This document shows, piece by piece, positions 47,362-57,027 of a stretch of 64,000 nt of DNA. A program made the position numbers and the translations under genes. The notes under the pieces are model-generated. The model worked only from the letters and a program-made list of their open reading frames with translations. It made no database searches and was not told the DNA's origin. Source of the DNA: Thermoplasmatota archaeon (GTDB taxonomy: Archaea > Thermoplasmatota > E2 > JACPAO01 > JAHFTW01). The stretch is from the NCBI GenBank assembly GCA_041601615.1, contig JBFIHX010000003.1, forward strand, positions 256,001 to 320,000, read 5' to 3'. How positions within the stretch are numbered: the stretch's first letter is position 1; the number at the start of each line of letters is the position of its first letter.

Positions 47362-48300
47362 ATGCGCGCGGCCTTGGTGCTCGTACTGCTTGCCCTGACT
47401 TCCCTTTCCGGATGTGCCGAGAACGGCCCGAAGGACGAAGGCGGCGACCCATACGACGATTTCGAATACGAAAAGGACTCGGAAACGGGAGTCATCCTGG
47501 GCGTTGTGGTTGACCAGGCGATTGTTCCGGTGGCCGACGCAACCGTGACCGTGGAGGTGGGCGGCAATCAGCTCACCAAAACCAGCGACCAGAACGGACG
47601 CTTCGTGTTTGCGGGCCTAGAGCCCGGCACCTACTTCGTGGTGGCCAAGAAAATCGCCTATGAGCCCGTCCAATCCAGCGTCGTAGTGGTGGCGGGCGTC
47701 GAAGAACCTCCGATTCTCAAGTTGCAAATTGAGCGCCTCTTCAACCAAGACCCATACATGCAGACCCAGCGGTTTGCCGGCTTCGTGGGTTGCGCGTACA
47801 GTCTCATTTTGATCAGCAGCACCTGTGTCAACGACTACACCCGCGTTGATCCCACCGGAACCTGCCCCAACGGCTGCCTGCCGCAGACGACGGGCGTCGT
47901 GGACCAGCGCGAATACCGCAGTGAAGTCAATGCCGGTTGGCAGACGATTTTGTGGGAAATGGTCTGGGATAGCAGTGTGAGCGGCACGGCCGAACAAATG
48001 GCCATCACTGTAAGCTACGCCGAGCGCGTGGGTGCAGGCCACTGGTATGCAAGTTCCCGCATGCCCCAGCCGTACCGGATGCAAGTGAACGTTGGAGAGC
48101 CCGGCCCCGGCGCTCAGATTCCCGCCGACACGCCCGAATTCATTGACCCCGAAGGCCAAGACAACCTCTGGAACATGATCGGCGCCGGCCCGAGCGATGT
48201 GGCCGTTCAGCAAGAAGTGGAGATCTTCCAGAGCAACTTCTACTTCGGGCAGCCTCCGGAAGGATGGGCGCTTCTCAACGGCGACGAGAACCCCTTCTAG
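47362..48300 (+). CDS. Lipoprotein with carboxypeptidase-regulatory-like domain
   Basis: LSGC lipobox; GVILGVVVDQAIVP...SD.NGRFVF..L.PGTY. Confidence 0.85.
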   Translation: MRAALVLVLLALTSLSGCAENGPKDEGGDPYDDFEYEKDSETGVILGVVVDQAIVPVADATVTVEVGGNQLTKTSDQNGRFVFAGLEPGTYFVVAKKIAYEPVQSSVVVVAGVEEPPILKLQIERLFNQDPYMQTQRFAGFVGCAYSLILISSTCVNDYTRVDPTGTCPNGCLPQTTGVVDQREYRSEVNAGWQTILWEMVWDSSVSGTAEQMAITVSYAERVGAGHWYASSRMPQPYRMQVNVGEPGPGAQIPADTPEFIDPEGQDNLWNMIGAGPSDVAVQQEVEIFQSNFYFGQPPEGWALLNGDENPF

Positions 48301-48350
48301 GGCCCCCGACCGCACTGCAGCCGCGCCGGCAGGAGCCACCAAGGATTCGC

Positions 48351-48374
48351 CTGGGCGACACAAAATGTCATCAA
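48351..48374 (+). promoter_or_regulatory. 24-bp upstream motif shared with 47316..47339
   Basis: 23 of 24 positions identical, same spacing to ATG. Confidence 0.7.
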
Positions 48375-48396
48375 TCCCAGCCGGAGTCCTCGTGCG

Positions 48397-49341
48397 ATGC
48401 GTGCGATGTTCATCGTTGCGGTGCTCGCCTTTGCGACTCTCGCGGGATGCGCCGACCCAGCCCCTACCGGAACCGATGAGCCTGACGGGTTCAAGGACGT
48501 CAAAGTGGAGGTGGACGAACAGCACGGAGTCATCCTTGGCGTCGTGGTGGACCAAGCCATCGTTCCGATCGCGGACGTGAAGGTATCCACCGACGTGGGC
48601 GGAAAAACCATCGAAAAAACCACGGACGCCCAGGGGCGCTTTGTCTTTGACCGTGTACCGGAAGGGACCTACTTCCTGACCTCCGAAAAGCTCGGCTACG
48701 AAGCAAGCCAGATCAGCGCCACGGTCGTTGCCGGCGTCAAGGACCCTGCGGTTTTGAAAATCCAAATGGCGGCCACGTTCAGCGGCACTCCGTACATGGT
48801 GCCGTTCCAGTTCACGGGCTTCATCGCGTGCAGCTACTCGTACTCCGGGGGCGTCGGAATCAACGCACCTTGCATCACCGATTACACCTCCATTGGCTAC
48901 CCCGGCGGCGCAGCGCCCATTCTTCGCGAAATCCAAGGAGACAGCCGCGACTGGCTCACCGAGGTCAACCCCGGCTGGAAGAGCCACGTCACGGAAATGG
49001 TCTGGGAAGCAAGTGCCCAGGGAACCTCAGACCGACTCGGTGTCACCATAAGCTTCGAGGGTCGCACCGCAAGCCACTGGTACAGCTCCGATGGCGGCCC
49101 GTCGCCTTTGCTTTCCCGGCTCGACCAAGGCACCACCCACCCCACAAATCAGGGTGACCCAGCGCAAGTGCCCGAAGAAGGACTGCCCAATTTGTTGTCC
49201 TTTGTGGGCGTGCGCCGACCCGATGGGGAAATACTCGCCTTGGCCGTCGAACAGGAGTTTGAGTCCTTCACGCACACGTTCTACAACCTCGGTGCGCCGG
49301 AAGGATGGTCTTTCATCGCCGGCGACGGAAACCCGTTCTAA
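48397..49341 (+). CDS. Tandem paralog of 47362..48300
   Basis: LAGC lipobox; identical GVILGVVVDQAIVP; both end PEGW....GD.NPF. Confidence 0.85.
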   Translation: MRAMFIVAVLAFATLAGCADPAPTGTDEPDGFKDVKVEVDEQHGVILGVVVDQAIVPIADVKVSTDVGGKTIEKTTDAQGRFVFDRVPEGTYFLTSEKLGYEASQISATVVAGVKDPAVLKIQMAATFSGTPYMVPFQFTGFIACSYSYSGGVGINAPCITDYTSIGYPGGAAPILREIQGDSRDWLTEVNPGWKSHVTEMVWEASAQGTSDRLGVTISFEGRTASHWYSSDGGPSPLLSRLDQGTTHPTNQGDPAQVPEEGLPNLLSFVGVRRPDGEILALAVEQEFESFTHTFYNLGAPEGWSFIAGDGNPF

Positions 49342-49416
49342 CACGGATCTCGCCGGGTACATTCGCTTCCGTCTCCCCCCTCTTACCTTTCAAGTTCCCG
49401 GCGGCGATCCTGGGGT

Positions 49417-49638
49417 ATGGCCACAAGCACGCTTGTCCTAGTCGTCCTCGCCGCCAGCCTCCTTTCGGTGGTGCCCACCGCAACGGCACACGAGGTCTGC
49501 GCTCCGACTCCGCCTACCCAACCTACCGTAGATATTTGCAGTGGCGATGACACTTGCATGCCTGGAATCGATCCATGCCTACACAACCGATACTGCGTCC
49601 GGGTCAACTCCATCGGTCCCTGCTTGACCCTGCTATGA
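49417..49638 (+). CDS. Small secreted Cys-rich peptide (73 aa, 6 Cys)
   Basis: Signal ending PTATA; 6 Cys; TTTCAAG box about 22 nt upstream. Confidence 0.7.
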   Translation: MATSTLVLVVLAASLLSVVPTATAHEVCAPTPPTQPTVDICSGDDTCMPGIDPCLHNRYCVRVNSIGPCLTLL

Positions 49639-50940
49639 TAGGTCGGGCAAACGGAAATCCGCCTTGCCTGGGTCCGTAACGCGCGCCGCCCACCCGGTGG
49701 GCCTCGGTTCGTCGCAGGGGCTCATCAGGAGACCAGATCGTAGTTTGGGTACGAAGTACGTCGCTTTTTGCGGCATCAAGTGCCCCTCGCTTGCAACATC
49801 GAGCACAGCTTCCACGGGTTCGCCCGCGAGCAGCACCACGGCGGGGAATTCGCCGCTGCGTACGCGCTGCACCGCTTCTACGTCGCTCCGGGTGTACTTC
49901 AGGTGCTCTTCGACGTTCTCGGGCACGAGTCCCCAGGAGGCTTGCAGGAGGTGGTCGTGCAGGATGGTGACGGCGAGCCGGTCGAGCGTGCCACGCCCTT
50001 GGTCCAGCGCCACGTCGTCGCGGAGCGAGAGTTTCCAGGCGCGAACGGTGCCCGCTTCAAGACCGGCGACCGTGACGATCTTCGGGTCGTTGTTTACGGC
50101 GGCGCGCAGGGCCGCGGCTGCTGCCTCGTCGCTCTCGGGTAGGTTCATTTCTTCGGCGTTCCAGCGTTGTGCGGCTGCGATTGCGGCTGCCAGGGACGGG
50201 AATGGGTAGTCAATGATGAGTCGATCCGTGGGCTTGATGCTAAGCCCGGCGTCCGAATCCCGCACCAGACAAACTAGGATGCTGCCGTCTTCGTCGCGGC
50301 CGGTCTCTTGCCAGTGCTTGAGTTGGGTCGCGTAGCGGTGGTGGCCGTCTGCGATGACCACGGTGCGGTCGTCAAATTGCGCAGTAACTTCTTCCACGGC
50401 CTCGCTGCGATCCACGCGCCACAAAACGTGCTCCATGCCTTCCTCGTCGCGCAAACGCGCCAATTCGTCGAAGGCGCTGCCGCGAAGGACTTCCTCGACC
50501 CAGCCGCGCTCATCGCGGTAGAGCATCCAAATCGATTCCAAGTTGGTGTCTGTGGTGCGTAGGATTTCGAGGCGGTCGCTGCGCTTTTTCGGGAGCGTGT
50601 GCTCGTGGCGGCGGATGGTTTCGTAGTCGGGATCCACGGCGATGCGTGCAAAGAAACCGGTCATGACGCCGCCCGCGTGGTGGACTTCGTATAGGTAGTA
50701 CCCGGCTTTTTCATCGCGGGCAATGGTGCCGTCTGCCTGCCATTTTTTGAGTGTCTCGGCGCAAGCTCGGTAGCGACCTTCATCGCCCTTGGGGAGCGTC
50801 AATTCGCAGATGTTGTGCGCATCGGCAGCAACGAAAGCATCCCGTTCTTCCGCCGTGAGCACATCGTGCGGCGGGCTCGTAACAGAAGAAATATCGTCGC
50901 GGGTGTACCGGAGGGCACGGAAGGGGGCAATCTGGACCAC
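49633..50940 (-). CDS. DUF1015 family protein
   Basis: PFRALRY, SPP.DV, HE.T, IADGHHRY.T, MPQK.TYF.PKL.SGL. Confidence 0.9.
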   Translation of the reverse strand: MVQIAPFRALRYTRDDISSVTSPPHDVLTAEERDAFVAADAHNICELTLPKGDEGRYRACAETLKKWQADGTIARDEKAGYYLYEVHHAGGVMTGFFARIAVDPDYETIRRHEHTLPKKRSDRLEILRTTDTNLESIWMLYRDERGWVEEVLRGSAFDELARLRDEEGMEHVLWRVDRSEAVEEVTAQFDDRTVVIADGHHRYATQLKHWQETGRDEDGSILVCLVRDSDAGLSIKPTDRLIIDYPFPSLAAAIAAAQRWNAEEMNLPESDEAAAAALRAAVNNDPKIVTVAGLEAGTVRAWKLSLRDDVALDQGRGTLDRLAVTILHDHLLQASWGLVPENVEEHLKYTRSDVEAVQRVRSGEFPAVVLLAGEPVEAVLDVASEGHLMPQKATYFVPKLRSGLLMSPCDEPRPTGWAARVTDPGKADFRLPDLS

Positions 50941-50978
50941 AAGCGGCGCACGGGGCGGGTGCAATTGAATGGATTGGC

Positions 50979-51584
50979 CTACGGCCGGGCTGGCCGGGAC
51001 TGATTTTGCACCTGCGCCAACCGCGCACACACCGCGTCCGCATCAGGGGCAGCAAACAAAACCACGGCCCGCACGTCCTGGCCGGCGAGGTTCTGCCAGA
51101 GGCGCTTTGCCGTCTCGTCTCGTCGCCCTATCAGCCATGTGCGCAGCTCCGGCACGCGCAGGACGTAGTGGTCCACGAACCGCTCCATGGCGGCTTGGCT
51201 CGTGGCGGCCTCGAAGCCCTCCTTTTTGACCAGTTTGTCCAATTTTTTCAAGCCCTTCTTGGGTGGTTCCGTGCCTTCCGCGTGGATGACGCCGACACGG
51301 GTGCCGGTGCGTGTTGCCCACGCCTTCGCTTCTCGCCAGAGCACATCGGGGCGCGTGCCGGCGCCGGTCGCCTTGACTGCCCCTAGGAGGCGTTCGTTGT
51401 AGGGATCAAGGTGGCCCGCGCGAACACTGTCCCAATCGGCGCGGCTGCGGTCAAGCAGCAGAAGCGGCGGTCGCAGGGCGTCGAGGGTGGCGATGGCGGC
51501 GGCGGCCTCCTTGGGGTCGTGCGGGGCGGCTTCGAGCACTTGCAAAGTTGCGCGTCCCAGTTGCACAAACCGAGGTGCCTTCAT
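50979..51584 (-). CDS. Hypothetical protein
   Basis: ATGA overlap with upstream gene; no recognised motif. Confidence 0.6.
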   Translation of the reverse strand: MKAPRFVQLGRATLQVLEAAPHDPKEAAAAIATLDALRPPLLLLDRSRADWDSVRAGHLDPYNERLLGAVKATGAGTRPDVLWREAKAWATRTGTRVGVIHAEGTEPPKKGLKKLDKLVKKEGFEAATSQAAMERFVDHYVLRVPELRTWLIGRRDETAKRLWQNLAGQDVRAVVLFAAPDADAVCARLAQVQNQSRPARP

Positions 51585-52120
51585 TCCCCACCGTAATGGG
51601 GCCCGCGCAGGGTCGCCCACTTACCCGCGATGTGGTCGCGGCGGTACCCGAGGTAGCGCTGGCCGTTATGGTAGGCCATTTCGGCGATGGCCTCGTCGTC
51701 CGTTTTGACGACCTTGCATGGAACGCCCACGGCGAGGCTACGCGGGGGAATCTGGAAACCGTTCGGAACCACCGCTCCGGCGCCCACGACGCTGTGGTGG
51801 CCAACGACCGCCTTGTCGAGGACGGTGGCGTTCATGCCAATGATCGAATGGGCGCCGATGGTGGCTCCGTGGATGACGGCGCCGTGCCCGACGCTCGCTT
51901 CTTCCTCAATGACCACGGGGTTGCCCGCGTGCGTGTGCAGGACGACACAGTCTTGCACGTTGCTGCCACGCCGCATGGTCAAGGGCTCAATGTCGCCGCG
52001 CAGCACTGCGTTGGGGCCAATGAAGCAATCTGCCTCCACTTCGACTTGCCCAATCAGCACCGCGCCCTCGCAGATGTACGCACTTGGGTGCACCCGTGGG
52101 GCGACGGGGGTCCGGTCCAT
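51581..52120 (-). CDS. Gamma carbonic anhydrase family protein
   Basis: AVLRGD, NVQD..VLH, VGH.A.IHG hexapeptide repeats. Confidence 0.92.
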   Translation of the reverse strand: MDRTPVAPRVHPSAYICEGAVLIGQVEVEADCFIGPNAVLRGDIEPLTMRRGSNVQDCVVLHTHAGNPVVIEEEASVGHGAVIHGATIGAHSIIGMNATVLDKAVVGHHSVVGAGAVVPNGFQIPPRSLAVGVPCKVVKTDDEAIAEMAYHNGQRYLGYRRDHIAGKWATLRGPHYGGE

Positions 52121-52161
52121 GTTCACAATCATTAAGCCGTGGCGCCGGGGATAGCGGTTTC

Positions 52162-53271
52162 GTGCGAAGCGCGGCGCTGATCCTACTTCTGTTGGGTGTG
52201 ACTCTCTCGGGTTGCTTTGGCGGCAACGAGGTCGCGACTCCGGACGATGTGTGCGAGGACGAGCAGGTCTTGTGTGATCCGGAGCAATACTTCGGGGACC
52301 ACTTCTGCGAGAAAAACGACGTGCGACCCCGCATCTATGCCCCCGACACCAAAGGCCCTGATAGCGACGCAAACCCCTGGGTCATCGGCGACTACTGGGA
52401 ATACAGCCTCAAAGTCAATGACGAAGATTTGGGCAAAACCAAGCTCGTCTACTACGCCATCCAGGACCAGGGTGCTCACTACATGGCCGGAACGCCGACC
52501 CGCGAGGAAGCGCTCCAGCACGCACTGTTCAGCACCAATCCCGTCATCGGCCGTGTTCACCGAACCCTCTATTCGCCCCACGAATCAGGCAGCCACGCGG
52601 ACATGTTCTTGTTCCCGTTGTGCCAAGGCAGCACTTGGAAGGACACGTTCTTTGGCACTGAATTTACCTTCAGGGCAAGCCGCCAAACCATCAACTTGCC
52701 CGATGGCAGCAGCGACCCGCTCGGCTTCCTTATCAAAGGCACCGCCACGGACGGTAGCAGGGTCGAACACACCTACAGCCCCATGGCGAAGTGGTTCACG
52801 GCCATCCACCTAGACCGCGCCGACGGCGAAAGCGTCGACATGGACCTCACCGACACGGGCTCCGGCTACAAGGGCAAAGCCTACTTCCTGCGTGGCCAAA
52901 AAGACGAATCGTTCGACTTGTCCACGTTCAGCAGCAGCCGCTCGGAAGTTGTGGTTCGAGAGGACGGCAAAGAAGGTCCCTACGACAAAATCGGCCTCCA
53001 CATTGACGTGGAACGCACGGAAGGCACCGGTCGTGTGGACGTGCGCATCATGGATCCAGGCGGCAACGTCGCGGCGTGCATGACGCTCGTCGGAAGTGGC
53101 CCCGCCGGAGGTTCTGTCCCGGCCGGCTGCTCGGCGAGTGAAATCATCATGGAAACAGCCTACCTTCCCGGCGACTGGACCGTCGAAGTGCAGTTGCCAG
53201 TGCTGGGCGGAACACGCATCAGTGGCGATGTACGCCTCGTGTCCATCTACGACCGCAGTGGCACCGCGTAG
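52162..53271 (+). CDS. Lipoprotein of unknown function (related to 1994..3157)
   Basis: LSGC lipobox; PWVIGDYWEY, FPL..G.TW motifs. Confidence 0.78.
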   Translation: MRSAALILLLLGVTLSGCFGGNEVATPDDVCEDEQVLCDPEQYFGDHFCEKNDVRPRIYAPDTKGPDSDANPWVIGDYWEYSLKVNDEDLGKTKLVYYAIQDQGAHYMAGTPTREEALQHALFSTNPVIGRVHRTLYSPHESGSHADMFLFPLCQGSTWKDTFFGTEFTFRASRQTINLPDGSSDPLGFLIKGTATDGSRVEHTYSPMAKWFTAIHLDRADGESVDMDLTDTGSGYKGKAYFLRGQKDESFDLSTFSSSRSEVVVREDGKEGPYDKIGLHIDVERTEGTGRVDVRIMDPGGNVAACMTLVGSGPAGGSVPAGCSASEIIMETAYLPGDWTVEVQLPVLGGTRISGDVRLVSIYDRSGTA

Positions 53272-53285
53272 CAGGAAACCGGAAC

Positions 53286-54236
53286 CTAACGCACGCGCAC
53301 GTCGTGGACCTTCCCAGACATCGAAATGATGCGGCCCGCCGGCCCCGGCTTGACCTTCTCGCCGGTCTCGGGGTCCGATGCGTGCCGGAAGAACTCCTCC
53401 ACCCACGCACGAAACACGTCCGGTTCATCGTGGCTGCGCTCCATTTCAGTCAGCGCCTTGTGGGCGCGGGGGTCGGAGGCGAATGGTTCCAATTTGGCAA
53501 AGTCCACGGCGGTCTTGAGAGGCAACTCGCGTCCCATTTCCGAGCGCCGAACCATAAGAAATCCAATCACCAGTCCAGCCGCCAACCCTCCAAGGTGGGC
53601 TGCAAACGCGATGTTGCTGCTGTTGCCACTGACCCACAGGTACGCGGTTTGGAGGCCGGCGCCAATCATGGCGAACACCAATACGGGTGCGCGGATCCAG
53701 AAGAAAATCGGACCGCCGGGAATGGGTAGCCGCATCCGTTCCTTGGGGTATGCGCCGCCAAATCCGCCGAGGATTCCAAACACAGCGCCCGATGCACCTA
53801 CGAGGCGAATCGGATCGCCCCAGCCGATGCCCACTTGCAAGAGTGCCGCAAACGCCCCGGTGAGCAGGTAGAGGATGGTGAAGCGGCGGTGACCGATGCG
53901 TTCCTCGAACGGCATGCCGAAGATGAGCAGCATCAGCATGTTGCCGAAAATGTGGCCCGCGTCGGCGTGGATGAACATGCTCGTAACGAGTCGCAGACCC
54001 GCCACGGGTTTCGCCGCGTACAAATCGGAGCCGTTGAGCGCCAACTCCAGAAGCACCGTCGGCGCTCGAAACAGATGGGTGCCTTGCACCACTTGGTCGG
54101 GGCCAAACGCGGTCAGCACGAACACGAGCACGTTGGTGATGACAAGTGCGCCCACGGCGAGGAACCGGCCGCTGAATGCGACGACGATTCCGGCGACGAT
54201 GATGGCGATGGCAAGAAGGGATACGAAAGAGAACAT
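53286..54236 (-). CDS. Rhomboid intramembrane serine protease
   Basis: TSMFIH....HIFGNM, GASGA, AHLGG..G. Confidence 0.93.
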   Translation of the reverse strand: MFSFVSLLAIAIIVAGIVVAFSGRFLAVGALVITNVLVFVLTAFGPDQVVQGTHLFRAPTVLLELALNGSDLYAAKPVAGLRLVTSMFIHADAGHIFGNMLMLLIFGMPFEERIGHRRFTILYLLTGAFAALLQVGIGWGDPIRLVGASGAVFGILGGFGGAYPKERMRLPIPGGPIFFWIRAPVLVFAMIGAGLQTAYLWVSGNSSNIAFAAHLGGLAAGLVIGFLMVRRSEMGRELPLKTAVDFAKLEPFASDPRAHKALTEMERSHDEPDVFRAWVEEFFRHASDPETGEKVKPGPAGRIISMSGKVHDVRVR

Positions 54237-55900
54237 CACCGGCGCAACACCCCCAGCACCAGCAGGGCGGCGAAAAGCATTGGCCACGGGGGACTTGATG
54301 CTTCGAGCGTACGCTCCTGAGGTTCCCGCGCATCGCGGTCGAACAGGCCACCGAACCACGCCGCAGCCTCGGGGCTGTCAAGGAGCACGCCAAATTCGCG
54401 GTTGTTGCTGCGGCTGTGGTGGTTTTGGTTCATGGAGCCCACGTAGCTCCAGCGGTCGTCCACCACCACGCCTTTGTTGTGCAACCACAGGGGTCCACCG
54501 AATTCCGCCGCGTCGATGCCTTGCGCGGCGAGGGCCGAAAGCACAGGCCGATTGCCGTCGTCATCGCGCGAAAACGGAGCCGCCGCCCGCGCCGCGATGG
54601 TGGCTCCTTGCTCATCTGCCTGCAACAACGCCGAATACAATCCGTCGCGGCCGCTCCAGCCAAGCAAATTCGAAGCGGCCAATCGAAGGTCCAATTGCTG
54701 CACACGCACCGAGGATTGGGCGCCGCGCACCAAATCCAGAACGGGGTCCCTGCTAGGATCGGCAGTCATGTCGGGAGTCAGCACGAGCCGCACCGGAACA
54801 TGCGCAAGCATGGGCGGCAACGGAACGGGCACATAGGTACCATCGCGGTCCGGGAATCGAAGCACCTCCTGGGCCGGCCCAGCAACAAACGGCGCAACGT
54901 CCCACGCGGCGCGATCCTCGGCAAGGACGGACCAGACGGCGTCGGCAATTTCGGCGTCGTGCAGCACAACGCCCCCGCCGCGACTGCCCCAAGTGGGAAT
55001 CTGCGGAAAGGAAGACGGCACTCCGTTGTCCGATTGAATCGCCACGGCATCGTCCACGATGAGCACCTTCAGATGGTGGTAGGCGTAGCGGCCACGACTC
55101 GCGAGCACAGCCTCTCCGCCTGCTGCTTCGATGCGTCGAAGCGCGTCATTTCGCTCCCGTTGCTCGGCTTCGTCCATGCCCACGGGGCGGTCCTGCACCA
55201 ATACCTGCAACGGAACGCGGCCGGCAGCCTCTACGAGAGCATCCGCAAGCCAGGGTGCTCGAAGGTCGTAAATGTGCAGCGCTGCACGGTTCGTGGCCGA
55301 GTCCAACAAGTCAGACCAGACGCGAAGGCAGTGGTCGGGACACGCATAGGGTTGCACGCGATCCGCCACCATCCAATCAAATTGGACGCTGGACTCCCCA
55401 ACTCGATGCATGCGCGGAGTTTGCCAATCGGCGACGGTATCAGTGTCCACGAGCGCGCCGGTTGCGTCCTCGAAGCGGTGGTACACGAGTCCCGGTGACT
55501 TGTACGAGATCGAACCCTGCATCCCTGGGGTCGAGCCGTCACCCCACGCAAACGAATCCACGACGGCGCCCAAGGGATCCACGAGGCGCACGTCATCACC
55601 GTCATTGCCAAGCCGCAAGGACAAACCCGACGCAGCGGGCGCCGCACCACCAAACGAGGACCAAATTTCCGAGTTGCCCACAAACCAGCCTGGGCCCGAC
55701 AGGGAGCCTTGGGGAAGCGGCCAAGAATCCTCCCCGTCCGACAAGCTCCAACCAGCAAGGTCCGTTCCGTCGCCCCAAAGCGCCACCGCCTCGTCGCCAG
55801 GTCCAGCGCCGGGCAAGTCCGGAACCACCGCCAACAGAAGGGGAGCGCCAGCGACGGAGGGGAAGAGCAACAACAAAAGCAACGACCTGTGCACAACCAC
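54236..55900 (-). CDS. Secreted phospholipase D / nuclease family protein with lamin-tail-like domain and C-terminal TM
   Basis: Signal peptide; DL.GW.L.D and LGN.GD.V.L; two HKD motifs (HLKVLIVD, HNKGVVVD); tail ending LRR. Confidence 0.88.
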   Translation of the reverse strand: MVVHRSLLLLLLFPSVAGAPLLLAVVPDLPGAGPGDEAVALWGDGTDLAGWSLSDGEDSWPLPQGSLSGPGWFVGNSEIWSSFGGAAPAASGLSLRLGNDGDDVRLVDPLGAVVDSFAWGDGSTPGMQGSISYKSPGLVYHRFEDATGALVDTDTVADWQTPRMHRVGESSVQFDWMVADRVQPYACPDHCLRVWSDLLDSATNRAALHIYDLRAPWLADALVEAAGRVPLQVLVQDRPVGMDEAEQRERNDALRRIEAAGGEAVLASRGRYAYHHLKVLIVDDAVAIQSDNGVPSSFPQIPTWGSRGGGVVLHDAEIADAVWSVLAEDRAAWDVAPFVAGPAQEVLRFPDRDGTYVPVPLPPMLAHVPVRLVLTPDMTADPSRDPVLDLVRGAQSSVRVQQLDLRLAASNLLGWSGRDGLYSALLQADEQGATIAARAAAPFSRDDDGNRPVLSALAAQGIDAAEFGGPLWLHNKGVVVDDRWSYVGSMNQNHHSRSNNREFGVLLDSPEAAAWFGGLFDRDAREPQERTLEASSPPWPMLFAALLVLGVLRR

Positions 55901-56093
55901 CCACCCGTGAATCCTCCTTAAGCACCGTAGTACAGGCGTTGGTATCCCGATTGCAGCCGTGCTGCGAAAGGCGTCCAAGGATCGCCCGCAAATGCAGTTT
56001 TTTGGCGTCGAGGTGGGGGGTGATGCAAGATGCAGGCACAGAGCCAGATACTTGGCACAAACGGAGCGCAAAATTGGTTGGAAAAGTAGGGGT

Positions 56094-56120
56094 GAGGAAA
56101 GGAAGGAAAGAGAGGGGAAG
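56094..56120 (-). terminator. Pyrimidine tract after rpl40e
   Basis: Purine-only run on + strand just downstream of the stop. Confidence 0.5.
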
Positions 56121-56135
56121 TGTGCGGGGGCGCGG

Positions 56136-56282
56136 TTATGCGCCGCGGCTTTCCTTCGCCTTCATGCGGAGGTTCTGCGTGTGGCACTTGCGGCAGCGGG
56201 TCGCCTTGGGTGCGTTGGTCGCACCGCAGTGCATGCAGATCTTCTTGTTGAGGCGCCGAGCGACGGCTTCCGGGAAGGCCAT
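56136..56282 (-). CDS. rpl40e: 50S ribosomal protein eL40
   Basis: [19 protein letters not shown]...ATRCRKC....LRMKAKE. Confidence 0.96.
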   Translation of the reverse strand: MAFPEAVARRLNKKICMHCGATNAPKATRCRKCHTQNLRMKAKESRGA

Positions 56283-56430
56283 GGTGCAGTCTCCTAAGTA
56301 GGCTGCGCGACTCGGGTGTCGTATATAGCGATGTTGGGGGTCAAAGGGGTGCCGCCCATCGAGTTGGGGGGGGGAAAATGGAGGAAGGGAGGGGGAGAGG
56401 GGAAAGTCGGGTCGGCGGGCGGCGGTTCGA

Positions 56431-57027
56431 TTAGGGATCGCCGAGGCCACATTGACCGGTGGCGTGGTGGACGCCTGGGCTCCAGGATACGTTGCAGTTC
56501 CATGGGGTCTTGTCGTTGAGGTCGTAGTCTGCGTCGGCGCCGGAGCAGAACGTCGTTGGGGGGGCTGGGGGCCAGGGCAGAATGTCGATGATTTCGTCGA
56601 GGATGGTGGCGGAGCTGGCTGCAGGTCGGTGGATTTCGGGCGTGGTGGCGTAGAGGAGGTTGCCGCAGGTGGCATTTACGGAGCCACATTGGCTCTGGCC
56701 TGAGACATAGGGGCGCGTTTCGCCGCTTGCGTACACATCGACCCAGGTGTTCAGGCACAACGCGGATTTGCGAAGTGCGGGTCGGCAGGAGGCGCTTCCT
56801 CCTGTGGGTCCCATGCTGCCGATTTCGCAGCTCCAGTATCCTACGGGTTGCACATCGAATGTCGTGATTCCTGCGATGGTGGTGAATGTGATGGTGGATA
56901 CGGGGGCCAGTCCTCCGTCGGCGCTGTCGGCGAGTTGGTGTACGAGCGATACGGCGTCGTCTATGGTTTGGGCGTAGCTGGCGGGTACGCTAAAGAGCGC
57001 AACGACCAGGATGATTGTAAGCTTCAT
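56431..57027 (-). CDS. Secreted Cys-rich protein
   Basis: Sec signal; 8 Cys; lower GC and AT-rich upstream region. Confidence 0.7.
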   Translation of the reverse strand: MKLTIILVVALFSVPASYAQTIDDAVSLVHQLADSADGGLAPVSTITFTTIAGITTFDVQPVGYWSCEIGSMGPTGGSASCRPALRKSALCLNTWVDVYASGETRPYVSGQSQCGSVNATCGNLLYATTPEIHRPAASSATILDEIIDILPWPPAPPTTFCSGADADYDLNDKTPWNCNVSWSPGVHHATGQCGLGDP

